A stretch of DNA of 57,606 bases, filler included, from Sphacelaria rigidula (GCA_964200075.2; 6 parts of 6 records of this genome joined end to end with filler, not necessarily neighbours in it), one strand, 5' to 3'; counted from the first letter of the whole stretch, positions 38,474 to 50,633 are shown. Notes: generated by a model not told the origin, from the sequence alone. A program made the numbers and translations.

Positions 38474-39145
38474 CATATTTTGTTTGAACCCCAAAATATA
38501 AAATCGGCTGTTAGGTGTGTTCTCAGATTATAATGATGTGCTACACAGTCGTAGTGCAGAACAGCAGTACAGCAGTACATACCATAGATGGACAATAACA
38601 GTCTACAAATTTCGACTAACAACTCTCGCACACCCTCCCATCCTCTCTTCCTCCTGCTTCGTGTCGTTGCGCCACCTTACATTGCTATGCAGCAACTACC
38701 TACTACGCACAAGCCCTGAGCTCAAGATCAACCTCAGCACTAACGTCGTCTTCTGCCTACGAAATTCTTCTACTTCGCTTCTCGTAAATTGCAGAGCGCG
38801 ATACCTGTACGGAGTTCTCTCATACAGCGCGTGTCTGATGGCTTTTGTGCCTTCTGTCCTTCGTTTGCAAGTTTATAAGTACGTGCCCGGATATCTTGCA
38901 CGGGGTTCGCGTCTCCTGCAGCAGGCACCTGCTGACTTTTGTGTCCTCTCTACGGGAGGCTCTTTTTTTTTCTTCGCCTTGTTTTCGTAATCAATCACGT
39001 ATCACAACGAGTGTAGCCCGTACCTGTCTCCTCTCTTTCCAATTGTAAGGGTTTACCACCCTCCTTTTCCTTTGGTTTACCGAGGTTTTCAGTGTTTTCC
39101 CTTCGACTTGATGTGCACACGCGGCCATTTGGTTACACCCAAAAA

Positions 39146-39430
39146 TGCCACCGGAGGGATGCGCGGCCCTCCAGGGGGAAGACAAGCCTCCGGAGGCCTT
39201 CCATGCCTCTGGAGGAAACCAAACTCTACCGACCCGGAGGGCTGCGCACCCCTCCGGAGGAATTCGGGGGTATGCGCGGCCCTCCAGAGGCAAGAATAAG
39301 CCTCCGGAGGCGTTCAATCCCTCTGGAGGAAACCAAAAAATCTCCTCTGGAGGGCCGCGCACCCCTCCGGAGGCGTTTAATTCCTCTGGAGGCTCGAAAA
39401 GTGTACCCACCTGGAGGAATTTTGGAGGTA
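39146..39430. repeat. Minisatellite built from palindromic CCTC(C/T)GGAGG units
   Basis: About ten CCTCYGGAGG/CCTCCAG motifs in a higher-order repeat. Confidence 0.85.
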
Positions 39431-39849
39431 GTCAAGTTGATACAAACATAACAGTGTTGCACGTCATTGTTGTCCACATGCGTGTCTCTACTGTACAAGT
39501 CGAGTACTAGAGCGAACAACAACAACATTTCGGTCATGCAAGTTACGATATCTCGCTAGCTCATGCATTATATGACTTACTTTTACTATGGTTACACATT
39601 TCACCATTCCATTTGTGCACAAAGCTCGTTTCACGATCATGTCGATCTTCTTGCATCTGCTCATTGCCTGAATCAACCTCGTTACAGTCTCACCGTTATG
39701 CCTGAAACAAGAGCAAGCTCACAGCACGCGGGAAAGTCCAATGCAGAATGATACACGACGAACGTCACGACACCTTGATCACCGCTTCAGGCCAATTTGA
39801 TGTATTTTCCCTTTTGGTGGGGTTTAACTTGGCACTTCCAAGAAGTGAA

Positions 39850-40303
39850 CCCCAGAACCCGGGATCTTACAAATTGGGGATGGATCTTTTGTTGGGGATA
39901 AGAAACCTGGAGAATTAAAATCTCCGTATCCTCACCAAATCTTCGAAATATTGTTCCAATTCTTCACCTACCGATAGCTATTGATAACTGCCACACACCG
40001 TAGAAACTTGGATCTCGATAACCGAAATGTTGGGGTCCTAGGTGAAAAACCATTTTTTTGGAATTCTGGGTGTCCGAACGGACGCCAAAATAGTTCCGAT
40101 TTGTTTTTACACCTAGGACTCCAACATTTCGGTCATCGAGATCCAAACTTCTATGGCGTGTAGAAATTGTCAATGACTATCAGTAGGTGAAGAAATGACA
40201 CCATATTTCGAAAATTTGGTGTGAATACGAAGATTTTAATTTCCCGGGTTTCTCATCCCCAATAAAAGATCCATCCCCAATTTGTAAGATCCCGTGTTCC
40301 AGG
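39850..40303. mobile_element. Palindromic MITE, ~450 bp
   Basis: About 200-bp inverted arms, CCC..GAACCCGGGATCTTACAAATTGGGGATGGATC / mirror image ending GGG. A related copy lies at ~48805-49085. Confidence 0.9.
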
Positions 40304-40802
40304 GTGCTAGTCGGATCGATCCTTGTAAAGAACCGGATCCAACCAGATGTAAAGAGGCATGTTTATGTGTTCTGTCTCTTGGCGGACTATTTTTGCCTTT
40401 CACCCCTGATTGCGTTGCTAGCCAGTTCCCGCAATCAGCCCTCCGGGCTTAATGTCGTTGTTTTGAAACCGACGGCCCATCATCGTGCTGCCGTCATCCA
40501 CCACGCCACGCCGCGATCCGTAACATCCCCCCTCAGTCCTAGGATTGAAAAACCCTGGGACTGAACGTGGTTCACACGATGGATCGCTGCGATACGATGT
40601 CCCTCTTCCCGAGTACTCGGCGTCTTGGTGTAGCCGTTGATCTTGATAACCGTTCTGCTGGGTTAGACCGCATAGGGCACTTCAACACCGCGCAGGAACG
40701 ATTCTATTCCGCCCGGGGGGGTCCGCTGTCTTGTAGACCGCTCTACCGGGTTAGACCACGTAGGGAATTTGAACACCGTGCAGAAACGACCTCTTCTCTA
40801 CG

Positions 40803-41495
40803 TCAGTTAGACCCCGAAACTGTTCCGATATCCTGCCCATTCACCTTATGTTTTCGCACCTCCAACGGCGTCATGTCTTCCCAATCTCCATCCTCATACT
40901 TGATACGGTAATACGGCAGACGGAAATCGAATACCTCCCCGCCGAACTCCTGCTGCTCACCTTGGCTGTCTACAAATCGTTTACGGATTTTAGTCCCTCG
41001 AGGAATCTGTTTTAAAGCTTCATCCCGAGCAATAGAGTCTCTTTCCGCTCGAGATGGCGTAACAGGTGGGCGTGGTTTGGCTTGCGGGTGATATAGTTCC
41101 CACAAAGCATGAAACACGTCTAGCTGCAACCCAGTGAAACTGTCCAACACTTCCTCCTCAGAAAGCCAATGAGATTCAGCTCCGTCATGAAACAACCCTT
41201 GATAGGCCCACTCCCATGACGATCCTGATCCTAGTGTAATGCGTGAGATGACCGCGTGCTTAGAGGACCGCGCTGTAGTTCAAAACACCTCAGGATCGAT
41301 GTTTTTCAAAGCCAATCGGGTCAGTCCCTGCAGGTACCACGCCCCTGACTTGAACCCTAACACTAACCCTGACCCTAACCCTGACTCTCCTGACTCTAGG
41401 GATGTTCAAATTCCGATGCGGTCCTCTAAGCACGCGGTCCTCTCACGCATTACGCTAGCACCACTTTCCTATCTGTCAATATGTACAGTTGTGGG
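40803..41495 (-). pseudogene. Integrase C-terminus: chromodomain-like plus Tudor-like domain
   Basis: Removing the MITE gives LYILTDRKVVLGSGSSWEWAYQGLFHDGAESHWLSEEEVLDSF (chromo-like), followed by GTKIRKRF..FGGEVFDFRLPYYRIKYEDGDWEDMTPLEV (Tudor-like). Confidence 0.7.
41235..41454. mobile_element. 220-bp MITE with 4-bp CTAG TSD and an internal telomere-like tract
   Basis: TIR TGTAATGCGTGAGA.GACCGCGTGCTTAGAGGACCGC. CTAG sits at 41231-34 and 41455-58. Another copy's end lies at 47928-47990. Confidence 0.92.
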
Positions 41496-41599
41496 ACGGC
41501 CTCGATCTTCTTACCCAAACCTAGATCAGCCTCCCATGCTAACTGAGAGTACTCGTCCGGAAACGGGTGTCGCAGCTGTTCAGGGCGCACATGGAATTT

Positions 41600-42830
41600 C
41601 TTCACGTTGACTGCCGACACCGTCCGTTCTCGTACTTTGCGTCCCTACATACTGACCTTAAGGCTGAGAGCGGGTATCACCACTTGCTGCACCGTCCATG
41701 GTCCCGTCTACAAGTCGTGCACTAGTTTAGTCGGCACATCTTCGTGTACAGCGGAGCTGTCGGTCTCCTTTACTAACATCAGATCTCCTACCTGAGCTCG
41801 CGATACCACCGACTGGCGACTCAGCTCGGCATTTCTAGCCGACATTACCTCTTCCCTTCGCTTGTGGCGTTGGGTCAATAGCTTGTGAACTTCCTTCAGG
41901 TTTCGGCGTTGTTGTCCCACCATGTTGTTCAACGGTGGAGACTCCGCTTCAGGTGACACAACGTCTATTTGGGTGCGTGGCTCGCGCCCAAAAAACAGCT
42001 TAAATGGAGTCGGGTCATTAGGCAATGAGGATCGGGAGTAGTCCGATGAATCCACACAGCGGGGTCTACGTACTCATCCCATCTTTTTGGCCATTGCTTA
42101 CAAAGCTCAGCCAAAACGTCGTGCAACCATCCTCCGTACCTCTCTACCGCGCTCTGACCGCGAGGGTGCTCTGCCGGACCATGATCCAGCTTCACCTTCA
42201 TCCACTGGCATACATGGTTCACTGCCTCCAACGTGAACTCCCCCCCAGCGTCACTCCTCAAAAAGTAGGGTACCCCGAACGTCAAGAAGAGCTTCAGCAG
42301 ACATTTCGCTACGGGTACCGTGAGCTTGGCAGCCAATGGGGGAAACAAAGAGAAACTTGGTTGCTCGATCCACGAGGATCAACAAGTACCTGTTGCCCGA
42401 GGCGGAAACCTGCTTCATGTCCGATATGTCCATCTCTAACATCTCCCATGCCCGCAGGAATCGGGCAGGCCGCATCGCTAGGGTGTGACTGTTGGTACGC
42501 TTGCGTCGACGACATCTACAAGACAACACGTATTTGCGAGTATCGGCGAAAAGACCAGGCCATTCGTACCGTGCGTTGACTACTACAGTCGTCCTCATTA
42601 CTCCGGTGTGCCCGTGCGTAGTATGCATCCACGCCAGCAGCCCTGGCACTAGGCTGCGTGGGATAGCCAACTTGGCTGGCTCCTTAGAGGAAAAGGTGTA
42701 CCATAAAAGATTATTATCATCTAGCACGTACGCATCCCGCCTCTTGCTAGCTCCTTCATCCTTAGGCTCCTTTATTAACCTATCCTTGATGGGTCCCAGA
42801 CGGAAGTCCCGCTCTTGTAATAAAACGAGT
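41600..42830 (-). pseudogene. Gypsy integrase (zinc finger, DDE core, GPY/F motif), frameshifted
   Basis: ORFs 42251-42727, 41965-42348 and 41708-42055. Confidence 0.92.
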
Positions 42831-44332
42831 TATGGTTTGTCCATCAGGATCGCCCGCGTTTGTACGAGAACGGTTATAGGGTTACCTTTAACTGGTACTG
42901 GCTCCTCAGCTGAGGCCTCCCCCCCACCAGAGTCCTGGTCCGACTTATGTTCCTCTTCGGGAACCGATGAGCAAGTTACGGCGGCTCCCCAAGTCTCTGG
43001 CAACTCATCCTCATGCGGCCATATCGCCGCTAGCGCACTTAAACCTACGTCCTCACTCCGAATCCGAGTCAAGCTCAACAAACCTTCTGCTTCCAAGCTT
43101 GATAAGACCGCCCCCATCATCCACGGATGAGCGAAACTAGCCACAATATCTAGCATAGCATCGGGGTTCACGGTTGGTAGGGTCTCGTAGTGGTCGAGGG
43201 TGGTCGCGACTCTGACGAAGTCGACTCTTTCCAGCTCTACTGCTTCCTCCCACACCCCTGCGAGGTCAATGGTCTTATGAGTATGGCATGCATTATCATG
43301 AGTACACCATACCCCTGCGTCCGCTCTGTGGGGTGTGAATTCCTCGCGGGGGGGTATTACGGATCTTGTTAACCGCTCTGCTGGGTTAGACCACGTAGGG
43401 AATTTAAACACCGTACAGAAACGATCCCATCCAGTCCGGAGAAGTCCTTCATCTTGTTGACCGCCGTCTTCCGTTGGATGCAGCAGCCACTGCAGCGTGG
43501 CATCGTCTTCTCACGCCACTCAAAGGCTTTTCCACACTGCATTCGATGCTGCCAGTTCGCTCCGACCAGGCAACCTTACTGTCGAGTCGTCACCAAGCGC
43601 GCTTGGTTTGGCAGCACGAAAGAGGTTCAAAGTTGCCGAACCTCCTTGGCTGGTGAGATGGTCGGTGTCAACAGCTCCGAGTTTTGGGGGACTGTTAGAC
43701 ACGAACCGGACTCACGTCGCCTCGGGCAAAGGCCGAAATCTCGATCGCCCTCCGATCGCCCTTCGAAAGATAACATGCTCTTGTTTTTTCTGAAGAACTC
43801 GCTGCCGCAATAAATCCACATGGTAATCCATGTACCACCCGGACCCATACCTTTATTAACTTATTCTTTGTGCGAAAACAAATAGGAATCACCGCTGACC
43901 CTAGAGTTTGCATCTGAGGTATCTTACTGTTACTAGGGTTAGCGGACCTCACAACTCCTGCTCCCTGCTGTTGCAACTTATTTTCTATGTTAAACCACCT
44001 TACAAACAACCTTCACCACTGTATCGATGCATAGCTCCCCCCCCCCTGCCCCGGTACCCCGTAACACCGTTACTGGTGAGCGGTGGCTACTCTTGCTGTG
44101 GTGCCAAACTTCAGCTTGTACCCACAGCTGCTGTGCGTCGTTCCTACTCGCTTCAGCAAAAATGGCGTTCGCGCTTCACCACTACACCGATAGCGAACAA
44201 AAAAATAAAGAGAAAGGAGAACGAAGGGAGCAGCAATATATCTGGACAAAACAGGTTCACGCGTGTGCATTTGGCCAGGGTATCACGTGCCGGGGGCAGC
44301 CAGGTATAAATTCATGGACTCCCAAGGGAATT

Positions 44333-44605
44333 CCGGCTCCCTGTCAACCTGTTCGAACACACATGGGAAAACCCTGGCTCCCTGTCAACCTGTTCGCACG
44401 CACATGGGAAACTCCTAGCCCCCTGTCAACCTGTTCGAAACATGGAAAATCCCGGCTCCCTGTCAGCCTGTTCGAAAACACATGGGAATTCCTGGATCCC
44501 TGTCACTGTTCACACGCGCATGGGAAACTCCCGGCCCCCTGTCAACCTGTTCGAAAACGCATGGGAAGTCCTGGCTCCCCTATCAACCTGTCCGACAAGC
44601 ATGGT
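44333..44605 (+). repeat. ~40-bp minisatellite, 7 copies
   Basis: Unit CC.GGCTCCCTGTCAACCTGTTCGAA.ACACATGGGAA. Confidence 0.95.
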
Positions 44606-44683
44606 CTTGACATCTTGAGCCTTCGTCCTCGCCCATTTTCCTGTATGCAATCAAATCCTGCTTGTTCGCTGCATGGTGCAAGC

Positions 44684-44715
<32 letters not shown>

Positions 44716-46313
44716 TTCATACAACTTTCTCGTTCATCCATTCGATATCCGGCTTGTATGTTAGCAACATGCGTAATCTCCACGATAAACACATGAATCG
44801 TTCATTACAAGCCAACAGCTTTCATCAGATTATTTCCGGCGTAAATCTCAGCAAAGGAATGTGTGGGACCCATGGACTCTCAAGACCAAAATAATGTAGT
44901 CCTGTGACCCACCGCTGCGGGTAATATTAATCAAATAATAAATAATGATGTGTTCAGCAGTGCAACTGGAAACACCCACCCACGTATTCACAGTAGAAAT
45001 GTAAGCTAGAAGTACACGGTTGGGTTTGATCTCTTAGAATCTAAACAACTTCACATAACTCTCCATTTGTTTTATGCATGCATTGCTCGCATATACTCTT
45101 TGAAGATATCTACCAAGGGCGCAAACGATCAAACAGGGGGAACCACGTAGAGGTTACATCCATTTTTCATGATGATAAAGCATTTCGAGCATTAACGATT
45201 TGCCCCCCCTGACCAGGGGGTGGGGTAAATACCTCATGTTTCGTCCACTCAAGCCTTGCCATTTCCGTTTACAGCTAATCGGCTTACATGGTATCGTGCC
45301 TTGTAGCATGTATGCACAACCAGTTTGACATTACGGTCACACAAGCATTTTTGTGAATTTGCGAAGTATAGAGTAAAAATGACATTCTTTCACCGTTGCA
45401 TCCGTGGTCATGCATGAGATACCCTAGCAAGCGGTTCGCGTTCCTAAAAGTATACGCTGTACTCGGTACTAGTTGTAGCCGACAATATCTCTATAGCTCC
45501 TGTGTATCTCTTCTACAGGCAGTTCGTTAAATCCCATCTGCTGGTTGATATCGCGTTCAGTAGTTTCACTCAGGCAACACTGCCATCGATACCTCATGTG
45601 CCCCCACAGTATATAAACTCGAATAAACAGTACACGGCAGAGGTTCTTCCGCATGCCCAGTCCGACATTTGATATTCGATGGTGATTCGGAACAGTTTTG
45701 TACCTACAGTGAAAGCACATTACTCATGCACTGTTAGACCGAGTACAAAGCCAAGGATTTCATCGAGAAGATGGTGTTGGTCGTAAACAGTCAGTATCGT
45801 CATCCTGTACATCCATATTGTAACAACAATCATAAGTCAATCAGACGGTAGCATGTAGAAGAACCGAGCGTCGGTATCAAAAAGTACCGCTCAACGACTC
45901 GTGTGCAGGGTGAATCATGAAGCAAGAAAGATGGCTCTGTCAAGCAATCGGCTGTCGGTGTAAAATACAACAGTTAACAGGGGATTCTATAGAATGAGGT
46001 TGATCAATGAAATGAGGTTTGAAGACCCTAGCCGTTGAATGACAAAAAACCCTCAGGAGTACCGCACGACATCGCTGATGCGCGATTTTTGGGAGGAGTA
46101 GGAAGTGCGTCCGTGGTTTCACATGCCGCCGATCCCTGGCTAGCTGCGGACGACGGAGCATAACAACGTTCGTTTGATTGTCGACGATGTTTGCACTATT
46201 GTTTGTCTCGAGGCTCGTCAAGTTGCTCGTCAGTGACGTGGTGGGGGGATATCACTGCCAACGCAGTGATGTGCCGAGCGGATGATTGGGCGTCCACTGT
46301 CCTGAAGAATTAA

Positions 46314-46731
46314 CAGAGGATTCTATAAGATGAGGTTCATCAATGAAAAGAGGTTCGAGCTCAAAACAGTACTTTCTCCACACTTTCAGCGATGGTGCCC
46401 AATGACTTTTTCGTCGGCCTAATACCCCTCGATCGCGTAGAAGATACGTTTTCAGCGCATTTTACCGACTCTGTGAGCTTACAGCGCTGATCGAAACTGC
46501 TGTTTTTCCTGATATCACCCCACCCCCCTAAAAAATAAGTAGAAATTGCGGTTTCGGACAGCGCTGGAAGCTCACAGAGTCGATTAAATGCGCTGAAGAA
46601 GTATCTACGCGATCGAGGGGCATTAGGCCGACAAGAAAGTCATTGGGCACCATCGTTGAAAGCGTGGAGAAAATACTGCTTTGAGCTCGAACCTCATTTC
46701 ATTGATGAACCTCATTTTATAGAATCCTCTG
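46314..46731. mobile_element. Palindromic MITE (~420 bp), with a solo TIR of the same family at 45978-46022
   Basis: About 185-bp inverted arms, CAGAGGATTCTATAA.ATGAGGTTCATCAATGAAA. Flanks are TTAA/TCAA. Confidence 0.92.
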
Positions 46732-47049
46732 TCAATTGACGGTCGATGCACAACGTGAATAATTTATTGCACGACTCAACCGTACTGCAAATACCCGTCG
46801 AGCTTTCCAATCCGGTTCGAGCATATATGATGCAGCAATATCTCAGTCGAAAGAGAAATCGTGGGTACCCACCCCAAGATCGCTTCGTACGGTCCCGCCA
46901 TACACACCATCGCAACACCCCATCATGCTACATGACAGCATCTCGATCCCGCCCTGAACTGTACGTTCGCGCCCGCATCCTGACCTGTATGTGAACCTGT
47001 TGCTTTCACTCTCCAACTGCGCCACTGCAACTCGAGACTCCAGTGTCAT

Positions 47050-47890
47050 CACTAGTTGCTATTGCAATCACCACCATCATCACCATCGCCATCACTTCCA
47101 GTATCGCAGTCGTCGTGGCCATCATCGGGGGCTACCTCGTCCTCCAACCCCTCTCGACCCGTGTCGCATCTGACCCTCAGCCACCTTTGCTCGAATCCCG
47201 GCCCATCCACGACCAGATCCCCGGGACTGACCGCGATAGGTTGCCTCGCCGTGGGCCTCCCTTTCCTCTCTCGACTCTCTTGCACACTGGCTATTACAGC
47301 ATGCCGCGTACCATCTGCGCCGCCTGTCGCAGCGGTAATGTACGAGTCTCTGGGGCCGTTGTGCGGTATTTTGGACCTGATCCCCATCACAGCCCCCTCC
47401 CCGCCCGTATCCCATTCCAAATGGTAGAATGGGCAGGTGTCTGAGACCTCCATACAGGGCCGCTTCCGGCTGGCAGGCTTCCCTGCCGGGTTCTACGAGG
47501 CGCCTGAGTTGTCTGTTGGATGCGACCAAGACCAGGCGAAAACATTACTGATGCAGGATTTCTTGAGGTATCGAATCTACAGCCTCTCTTGGCGTGTTGT
47601 ATACCCTGTCCTTTCCCCACAAGGGAATTTCAGGGTATACGATCTTCTGCTGGCCGGGCTTTGTGATGAGGAACAGCTCGTTCATCTGATTGAACGTCGA
47701 ACGCTACGATCGAAATCAACGTTGGACAAGGTAGGGACGGCCGGTGGCAACGAACATGAGAAAGTCAGTTCGGGATACGGAGGAGGGACGGTGGTTGGAA
47801 TCAGCGCTCAGACAGGGGTCTCAAAACCACGATGTGTAGTTGTTCCCGAAACCACATGTCCCCCGGGCATCGCGATGTGGACGCGCCCAT
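47050..47890 (-). pseudogene. Degenerate coding fragment of unknown, probably transposon, origin with an acidic C-terminal tail
   Basis: Protein-like frame RPYLVQR*F..NELFLITKPGQQKIVYPEIPLW..CFRLVLV with stops, then CPFYHLEWD..EDEVAPDDGHDD. Confidence 0.3.
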
Positions 47891-47990
47891 AAACGGACCC
47901 GAAAAAACTGTTTTTTCACGAAGTGCGTGTAATGCGTGAGAGGACCGCGTGCTTAGAGGACCGCATCTGAATTTGAATATCCGTATGGTT

Positions 47991-48090
47991 NNNNNNNNNN
48001 NNNNNNNNNNNNNNNNNNNNNNNNNNNNNNNNNNTTAATTAATTAANNNNNNNNNNNNNNNNNNNNNNNNNNNNNNNNNNNNNNNNNNNN
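47991..48090. other. Artificial contig linker
   Basis: Same N44-TTAATTAATTAA-N44 structure. Confidence 0.99.
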
Positions 48091-48165
48091 GGGGCGCGGG
48101 GGGTGCTCGTTTTTTTTCTTTGGTCGTTCCGTGCCTCGCTGCTGTCCGGCCCGGGCCCCGCCGCC

Positions 48166-48220
<55 letters not shown>

Positions 48221-48804
48221 CGTCCTCATTTGTTGCTTGCCTTAGTCGTTTGACCATTGACCACGCATCCCTTTCGAGACGGAGTACGGGGGGGGTGTAC
48301 TCATGATTATGCATGCCATAGTCATCAGACCATTGGGGGGTGGAGTTTTTGCTCGGGACTTCTCCTCGACATGACAACAATATTATATGACCTCTCACAC
48401 GAAATATTTGAGGGTTTTGGTGAAGGAAAAGTCCTGACTGGGAAAAAAAGGTGTGTGTTGTACAATGCATTTTCTCTGTGCAGGCGCTCGAGTACCCAGG
48501 TCCCATATACTGGACCAGCTCGTGAATGCAGGTGAAACCATAATTCATGGGCGGCGAAACCATTCTGAACGCGAGGCAAGGGTGGTAGAGCAAGCAAGAA
48601 CCGCGTGTTGTAGAAAGAACATGGCGTTTTACAGCGTCGCGCTACCAGCGAGTCCCGCCGCGATACGCGAGGGTGTATGTACAGTATGTGCGCGCCTTCC
48701 GATCATTTTTCAAGTGAACGTGATGCCCATCCAGCAGATCACCCGCCCTACGGAGCGCCCCTGAATTTTACCGAAGAACAGCCGACCATCCACTTTGAGC
48801 TTTC

Positions 48805-49085
48805 CATTGAGGATGAAAACTCGGAGAATTAAAATCTTCGCATCAACACCAATTCTTCGAGATATGGTCATATTCCTTCATCTACTGGTAGCTAAATACC
48901 CAACTTTTTCTTTTTCACCTAGGCACCCAAATTTCGGCAATCAGGATTCAAATTTGTACAGCGTATAGCAGTTGTCAATAGCTACCAGCAGATGAAGAAA
49001 TGGAACCATATCTCGAAGAATTAGTGTAGATGCGTGGGTTTTAATTCTCCGGGTTTTCATACTCAGTGAAAAGTCCATCCTCAAA
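48805..49085. mobile_element. Internally deleted relative of the 39850-40303 MITE
   Basis: Shares GGAGAATTAAAATCT.CG.ATC..CACCAA.TCTTCGA.ATAT and its inverted copy. Confidence 0.75.
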
Positions 49086-49479
49086 ATGAATTATCGACTG
49101 TTCGAGGAAGCCCACACCTGACTCAAAACACGAGAGCCGAAGGCAGAACGTATACCAACATACAACAGCAGATGCGGAGGCTGATGACGCTCAACAACAG
49201 AAAGACTTCGTGACAGGTTCCAGTTCTGAAACCAAGTCAATTTTGTGACGCGTTTTCAAGTGACTAAGCCCGGACATAACACAACCCCGCTCAGAGGCGG
49301 GACGCAGCTAGATGCTCTGAAGTTCAGCAATCGGTACTCAACCTATCTCGGCATTTCTATTGTTTCTCTCGTTTTATTCTTCTTAGGTTCCACCTATCCC
49401 GTTCTCCTATCCCCCCCTTTCTCCCCTTTCTTCAGTGTCTTTCTGCGGGTGTTTCCGCTCCGCTTACATTGAGCAAGTC

Positions 49480-50380
49480 TATCCTGTGACCACAGCCAGC
49501 CGGATTCTTCGACAATTACTTCATGTGCGACACTTGAATCAATCGAATCGAAAGCATGAATGGCACATGCAGTGCGTGCCATTGTAACCCCGTTTACGCG
49601 GAGCAAACGTCGAGTTCCTCGTGCAACGACCCTCGAGGGGGACGCCAGCCCTTCACTCGGAATAATGTTTGTAATTTTCCCGACGATTCCCTCGCTGCAT
49701 TTGCTGCGTTCTTGCCATTGTGGTTTTATCGGTACTTGGCAGGTCGCGATACGAGCCTCAGAGAACGATTGCGCGTCGAGCGGACGACGTGACTCGTTGT
49801 CCTCGACGACAACTGCAAACAATTGCAGGCACTGAATGAAAACACGATCATCCTTTCGAGTAAAATAACGACCTACAACCTGGGGCAGGATGATTTTCGT
49901 TGTTTTAGTGGCCACGAGTTTGTGAGGAATGATAACAACCGAGTATTCTCTCATGAAACAGCCCGAGCACTTGGTCAGTTGTGAGCGATCCGTGCGGGCT
50001 GACTGTGCATCTCAGCTATCGGAGCACACTCATTTTGAGGGTAGACACAATCTACGACGGCAGACACACTCCTACGCAAACGCATGCCCCTCGCGCAAGA
50101 TGAAGAGGCAGACTCTTCTTGAAAGCAGACAGCAAAAATGGGGTAGAAGCATGAGTAGGAACCCGGCATTGGCTCGGCATAGAACAGTACCGGGTTCCAC
50201 TTCATGTCATTGCCGGCCCGACAGCCGAGCGCGATGCACCATTTACCACTATCTGCGCGGGTTGAAACAAAATGACGGCAAACAACAGGAACGACGTTCG
50301 TACCTAGCTGAACAGCTCAGCTCGTACAAGCTTGAACTAGCCAATTTTCTCGTGGCCGGCTCGGCTATGACGTGGCCTGA
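49480..50380 (+). mobile_element. Highly decayed hAT-like transposase relic
   Basis: Ordered remnants DSST, NG...H..PVYAEQT, FAAFLPLW, DCASQL and LRRQ..CP..KW..M..RHR resemble stramenopile hAT transposases. Many stops. Confidence 0.35.
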
Positions 50381-50382
50381 AC

Positions 50383-50617
50383 AGTCGTGAACACTGCAAT
50401 TGGATCGAGCCGGTGGACCAAACTGTGGAGCTAGGGTGAGCAGTTAGCGAGGACAGTAAGACTGTTAGGAGCGCTGTAGACAGGCACACTCAGGTGCAGC
50501 CTATGCCTTAGTGCACCTGTTTACAGCGCTCCTAACAGTGTCCCGGTGCTCGTTATTTGCTCACCCTAGCTTCACGGTCTGACCCACCGGCTCGATCCAC
50601 TTGCAATGTTCACGACT
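50383..50617. mobile_element. Palindromic MITE, 235 bp
   Basis: AGTCGTGAACA.TGCAA.TGGATCGAGCCGGTGG ... CCACCGGCTCGATCCACTTGCAATGTTCACGACT. Confidence 0.88.
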
Positions 50618-50633
50618 CCTTGGGTCTGTGACG

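Larger units (their letters stand above)
40304..44140 (-). mobile_element. Ty3/gypsy (chromovirus-like) element: protease, integrase-chromo-Tudor, PPT and 3' LTR; RT/RNase H absent
   Basis: Degenerate protease VTVLRGTGAG (DTG changed to GTG, ~44050). Integrase HHCC (HTTHGHTG..CRC), D (MDI), D (SDAGGEF), E (SAVERY) and GPW motif. PPT GAGGGGGGA is followed by LTR start TGTTACGG at 40525. Confidence 0.88.

Noticed and set aside
39146..39430. CRISPR-like or REP-like palindromic array
   Set aside because: The intervening sequences are themselves repeated and the period is irregular. It is a minisatellite.
40803..44140. Ty1/copia element because protease precedes integrase
   Set aside because: The integrase is gypsy-type (GPY/F motif, chromodomain) and is followed directly by the PPT and LTR, with no downstream RT.
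44333..44605. CRISPR-like array
   Set aside because: These are contiguous ~40-bp units with no unique spacers and no cas genes, in a eukaryotic context. It is a minisatellite.
44760..45950. pogo/Tc1-like transposase or giant-virus fragment in an AT-richer stretch
   Set aside because: The two suggestive minus-strand motifs (LYVVPP..PL and ILVLRVHGSH) are in the wrong order, and no viral hallmark is recognisable.
49180..49210. Hammerhead ribozyme core (CTGATGA...GAAA)
   Set aside because: No stem II can form between the conserved boxes.
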